From an uncultured Candidatus Entotheonella sp. (GTDB lineage: Bacteria; Tectomicrobia; Entotheonellia; Entotheonellales; Entotheonellaceae), in contig OZ244252.1 of NCBI GenBank assembly GCA_965217185.1, positions 3,200,001 to 3,264,000 of the forward strand: a DNA stretch of 64,000 nucleotides, read 5' to 3'. Shown piece by piece: positions 60,378 through 64,000 of this stretch; the first letter of the stretch is position 1, and every line of letters begins with the position of its first letter. A model generated the notes under the pieces. That model saw only the letters and a list, made by a program, of their open reading frames with translations. It made no database searches and was not told the DNA's origin. A program made the translations under genes and the position numbers.

Positions 60378-61961
60378 CTACAAATCAAACGCCTTGGCGA
60401 AACGGTTGTACGGCTCCAGCGGGTCGCCGTACTTCACGTGCCCCGCCACGATGTGCGCGCACGCCGGCAGCAGCACGTCGCGTTCCGGCGCCGTGCTTTT
60501 CAGGTAATCCTCCATCATGCATAAGCCGATCTCCTGGTTGTGGGGATCGTTGCCTTCCTTCACCGCGGCCAGGGCCAGCGTGCGTACCAGCGGCTTGCGG
60601 TCGTACCCACCGGCGAGATAGGCGCGCACCCAGGCGGCGCCTTCGGAACCGCTCTGGGCGATGATCGCCTCATCCACACGCTGCAGGAGCGCATCCGCCG
60701 ACAGCCGGTCGGAACCGCTCGGCACGCCGTTTTCGGCGCAGCCGTTGCCGGGCGTGTGCTTCACCCACAGGGCGCACTGGTTGATGAACGAGCCGGCCAC
60801 GTAGAGCAGCTTGATGCGGTGCGGGTGGTCGAACTTGTCATAGAACCAGCGCAGCGTGTTGGTGTACTCGTAGCCGTGATGCGGCATGGAGAAATCGCTG
60901 TTCTGCTGCACCTGCAGGATGACCCGGGCAGCAGCCGTCTGGATGACGTCGACGATGGCCTTCGGGTCCTTGCCGGCCAGGAGCAGATCGGTGATGGCGT
61001 TGGTCCAGGCCATGTCCTCCTCCTCGTGCAACGCCTGCACCAGATCATGGGCTTCCCGCGGCGTCAGCGGCTTGCCATTCGCCAGCAGGTAGGCTTCCGG
61101 CTGCTGCTTCGGACTGGGCGACAGGGACGATTCCGGCTGGTCCGCCTCGCGCGCCAGCATGGTCCAGGCGACTTGGCAGGCCATTTCATAGGCGGAATGC
61201 CAGCGCGGCCCCACCGCCATGTCCGGCACACCGGCGTACAGCACGTCGTGGGCCTGATCCCAGCCGACGGCGTCGCCGATCTCGAACGTTGCGCGGGCGC
61301 GGTACGACTTGTGGCCGGTGGTGTAGGAGCGGTTCAGCAGCATGCGGTCCTGCACGTCGATGAGGCCGGCGAACGCCATGTGTCCGAGCAGGTCGGGGCG
61401 GCGTCCGGGTTCCTCGAATAGGCCGAGGAAGACACGGTAAGCCTCGATCACCTCGCCGCACTGCACCAGCGTCAGCCAGTGATTGAGGCGCTCATCGAAC
61501 GAGCCGTCGAGGTGCAGCGGTTCCTGATCCGGCCAATGCGCCGTGGGTCCGGGCACGGTAGCGTTGGGTTCGGGCTTGTAGGTGCGACGCCCGTAATGCC
61601 CCGGCGCCTTGCCGAGAAGCTGGTTCCATGGGTCGAGGCCGGAGGGTACGTACCAGATGGTCTGCGCCATGGGCAGGTAGCGCAACTCGCCGGGCAGATA
61701 ATCCGGCAGCGCCAGGCTGGCGCGGCTGCTCAGCAGGCAGTGGTCGTTGTTGACGAACCGCACGAAGCCGCCGTCGATGCGCTGGTGATACGGCACGTGC
61801 GTGTAGGGGGCGTGGATGCGGGTGGTTTCGCGGACGATTTCCGACAGCGGGCGCTCGGCGCGAACCAGATCGTAATAGGCTTCGCTGGCGCCCACTTGGT
61901 CTCGTTCAAGAACGGTTTCCTCCAACCGGTCGTACAGGTTGGCGACTGCTGTGCTGCCCAT
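60378..61961 (-). CDS. Hypothetical helical protein (527 aa) with four His-containing repeats
   Basis: GAAGGAGG RBS then ATG at 61961; host-like codon usage; motifs NNDHCLL, TTGHKSY, MPHHGYEYTN, NDPHNQEI. Confidence 0.8.
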   Translation of the reverse strand: MGSTAVANLYDRLEETVLERDQVGASEAYYDLVRAERPLSEIVRETTRIHAPYTHVPYHQRIDGGFVRFVNNDHCLLSSRASLALPDYLPGELRYLPMAQTIWYVPSGLDPWNQLLGKAPGHYGRRTYKPEPNATVPGPTAHWPDQEPLHLDGSFDERLNHWLTLVQCGEVIEAYRVFLGLFEEPGRRPDLLGHMAFAGLIDVQDRMLLNRSYTTGHKSYRARATFEIGDAVGWDQAHDVLYAGVPDMAVGPRWHSAYEMACQVAWTMLAREADQPESSLSPSPKQQPEAYLLANGKPLTPREAHDLVQALHEEEDMAWTNAITDLLLAGKDPKAIVDVIQTAAARVILQVQQNSDFSMPHHGYEYTNTLRWFYDKFDHPHRIKLLYVAGSFINQCALWVKHTPGNGCAENGVPSGSDRLSADALLQRVDEAIIAQSGSEGAAWVRAYLAGGYDRKPLVRTLALAAVKEGNDPHNQEIGLCMMEDYLKSTAPERDVLLPACAHIVAGHVKYGDPLEPYNRFAKAFDL

Positions 61962-62042
61962 GGGATCCTCCTTCAGGGTTGACGGATGCGGGGATGTAAG
62001 GGCAATGCCCGCGCTTTGGGTAGTGTCTCGTTTTGGAATTTC

Positions 62043-62122
62043 TCCCTCACCCCAACCCTCTCCCGCCATGGGTGAGGGGGCAACGACTCCCTCGCCCCGC
62101 GACGGGGAGGGCCAAGGAGAGG
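62043..62122 (+). repeat. BoxC-like repeat doublet (compact, degenerate)
   Basis: TCCCTCACCCCAACCCTCTCCCGCCATGGGTGAGGGGG then CTCCCTCGCCCC...GGGGAGGGCCAAGGAGAGG. Confidence 0.7.
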
Positions 62123-62186
62123 AAGAATGGTGTTCACTATGCCACACCTTGGTTTTATAATGGCGCGAATAGTTTTTCCATAATAC

Positions 62187-62201
62187 ATTCCATATGGGAA
62201 T
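62187..62201. promoter_or_regulatory. LysR-type T-N11-A binding site
   Basis: ATTCC-ATATG-GGAAT dyad just upstream of the LysR start, in the divergent promoter region. Confidence 0.55.
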
Positions 62202-62205
62202 AGAT

Positions 62206-63081
62206 ATGATTGGCAATCTCGAAGCCTTGGTGGCACTGGCCGAGTGCGGCACCATGTCGAAGGCCGCCCTGCGGCTGTCCATCACGCAATCGGCGGTGAG
62301 CAAGCGGATTGCCAGCCTGCAGGCGCAGTTGGGCAAGCCATTGGTGGAACGCAGCGGCCGGCGGGTGGAGTTGACGCCGTACGCCCTGCACATCCTGCAG
62401 CGCACCCGGCCGCTGCTGGGCGAACTGCGCGAGGCGCTCAGCGAAGAAGTGGCGGACAACACCGGCCAGTTGTCGGTCGCCATCGGCGCCGCCATCCTGA
62501 TCGCCTGGGGCGCCGAGGTGCTCGCCAAAGTCCGGCAGGAAAACCCCGGCATCCGGCTGCGCATCAACACCTACCGCGGCCCCGACGCCATCGAGCGGGT
62601 GCGCTCCGGCGAGTACATGGTCGGCATCTGCTTTGGCCGCAGCGAGAGCACCCCGGACCTCGAAGCCCGCTACGTCGTGGACGAAACCATCGTCATCGTG
62701 CCAAACCACCTGCGCCCGTTCGACTTCCCCGCCTCGGGCGAACTGCAGGTCCTGACCACCGCGCCGCAGTCGGAAACCTGGCGTTTCATCGAGCGCCAGA
62801 TACGCCGCGGCGAGCGCCAGTGGGGCGTGAAGATTCACGTGGAAAACACCATGGAGTCATTCCAGGCGGTAACCCAAATGGCGAGGGTTGGATTTGGCCA
62901 CGGCTTGGTAACGCTGGGCGTGGCGCGGGCGTTTGGGGTGCCTGCCGACGCGCTGGTCCGCTTTCCCGAGCCGGGGCTCAACATCCCGATCAGTCTGTAC
63001 GGGCGCCGCTCGACGTTGGCGCGGTCGCTGGTGCAGACATTTCTGGAATCGCTGAAAGGGAATCTGCCGGAGCAGAATTAG
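62206..63081 (+). CDS. LysR family transcriptional regulator
   Basis: GTMSKAALRLSITQSAVSKRIASLQAQLGKPLVERSGRRVELT; start may be 62194 or 62206. Confidence 0.92.
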   Translation: MIGNLEALVALAECGTMSKAALRLSITQSAVSKRIASLQAQLGKPLVERSGRRVELTPYALHILQRTRPLLGELREALSEEVADNTGQLSVAIGAAILIAWGAEVLAKVRQENPGIRLRINTYRGPDAIERVRSGEYMVGICFGRSESTPDLEARYVVDETIVIVPNHLRPFDFPASGELQVLTTAPQSETWRFIERQIRRGERQWGVKIHVENTMESFQAVTQMARVGFGHGLVTLGVARAFGVPADALVRFPEPGLNIPISLYGRRSTLARSLVQTFLESLKGNLPEQN

Positions 63082-63110
63082 GACCTGATAGTCCCCTTGG
63101 AAAAAAGCCG

Positions 63111-63139
63111 TTGCACGGTTGAGGGTTGCGTGGTAGGTT
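63111..63139 (+). promoter_or_regulatory. Probable sigma70 promoter of tRNA-Pro
   Basis: TTGCAC-17 bp-TAGGTT with TGn extended -10. Confidence 0.45.
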
Positions 63140-63178
63140 CCCGGTTCGTCAGTTCCACCCGCCTTTCCACAGACAAAA

Positions 63179-63252
63179 CGGGGCGTAGCGTAGCTTGGTA
63201 GCGCGTCGGCTTTGGGAGCCGAAGGCCCCCGGTTCAAATCCGGGCGCCCCGA
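63179..63252 (+). tRNA. tRNA-Pro (UGG)
   Basis: Acceptor stem CGGGGCG/CGCCCCG, anticodon arm TCGGC-TTTGGGA-GCCGA, T arm GGTTCAAATCC; followed by CCT, so no complete encoded CCA. Confidence 0.95.
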
Positions 63253-63284
63253 CCTGCCTTTTTCTACCCTTAACTACCTGTTTT

Positions 63285-63790
63285 TCATAGAGTTGCGTGT
63301 TTTTGTCCAACTGCCATTTTTTGGGGCATTGGCATGCTATTGGCATACAAATATGCCAATCCAAGCAGTTCCGCGACCTGGTTTACGGCCTCGTTGGGGC
63401 GCCCGGGTCGGACTTTCACGTACCGCTTGTGCGCCAGGGTCGAGGGCGCATGCCGCAATAAAACTTCCTTGGTTTTTTCGGTGGCGCCGACCTCGTCGAG
63501 CAGCGTCGAGAAGGTGGTGCGCAAGGTGTGAAAGTCGAGCTTGCCCTCCGGGGTGGTGGTTTCGATACCGGCTCTGCGGAGGTCGGTCTTGAGGCTGCGT
63601 GCGGTATGGTTCGGCACAAAGAAGAGCGGCTCGGCGGGGACGTTGAGGCGCTCGCTGCGGTGCACGTCGTACAACGTCGTCGCGATTTTCTGGCGGCGAT
63701 AGGCGTGTAAACGGTCGAGAAACCAACTGGGCAGCGGCTGAAGGCAGTCGCGGCGTTCCCTGGTCCACTCGGCCACGAGCCAGATGTCTT
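63285..63790 (-). pseudogene. Tyrosine recombinase/integrase C-terminal fragment
   Basis: LDFHTLRTTF, LLRH and KRY catalytic motifs; no N-terminal GxR motif, and an in-frame TGA at 63990-63992 closes the ORF upstream; 5' limit approximate. Confidence 0.7.
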
Positions 63791-64000
63791 CATTTTTCCG
63801 GTTTTCCGGTCGAGATGGCTCAAGGGCATCTCGAAAAATGCCTCGTGGATAGTCATAGATGGCGAGAGTGGCAATTCGCTGGCATGTCGGTGAGAAAATG
63901 AACTCGGCTGTCCAGGGGGACTGCCTCCCAGCAAGGAGGATTCGCCTTCCAATGAGGGCCTCCGGTGCACCCTTCCGCACCGTTGGCGCTCAACTGGCGC

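Overview
GC-rich, Gram-negative bacterial chromosome segment (kdsB, porin, Tat substrates). The mix of LLM oxidoreductase, CaiB CoA-transferase, CoxMSL-like enzyme, ABC/TRAP transporters and dense REP-like repeats resembles uncultured heterotrophs such as Tectomicrobia or Deltaproteobacteria-like symbionts; this is inference only. Housekeeping genes (hslO, rmuC, kdsB, glnS, gltX, rnz, uppS, lysA, coaE, rph, tRNA-Pro) alternate with more AT-rich accessory islets: a DUF262+HEPN pair, an MmeI-like type IIG/IIL RM gene, hicBA, a frameshifted AAA/DUF4143 gene behind a perfect 17-bp operator-like palindrome, phoX bracketed by perfect inverted REPs, a porin, and an integrase remnant beside tRNA-Pro. 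A complete 1496-bp IS with TIRs and a 4-bp target duplication is present. Most notable: GlnE split into two genes with GlnD-like ACT domains on the transferase half; an orphan CbbQ/NorQ plus giant VWA pair; a LysR-divergent protein with four His-bearing helical repeats; heterodimeric BoxC-like repeat doublets around substrate-binding genes; and three enzymes resembling eukaryotic or archaeal families. All family assignments come from motif recognition and recall; no searches were run. No CRISPR array or rRNA was seen.
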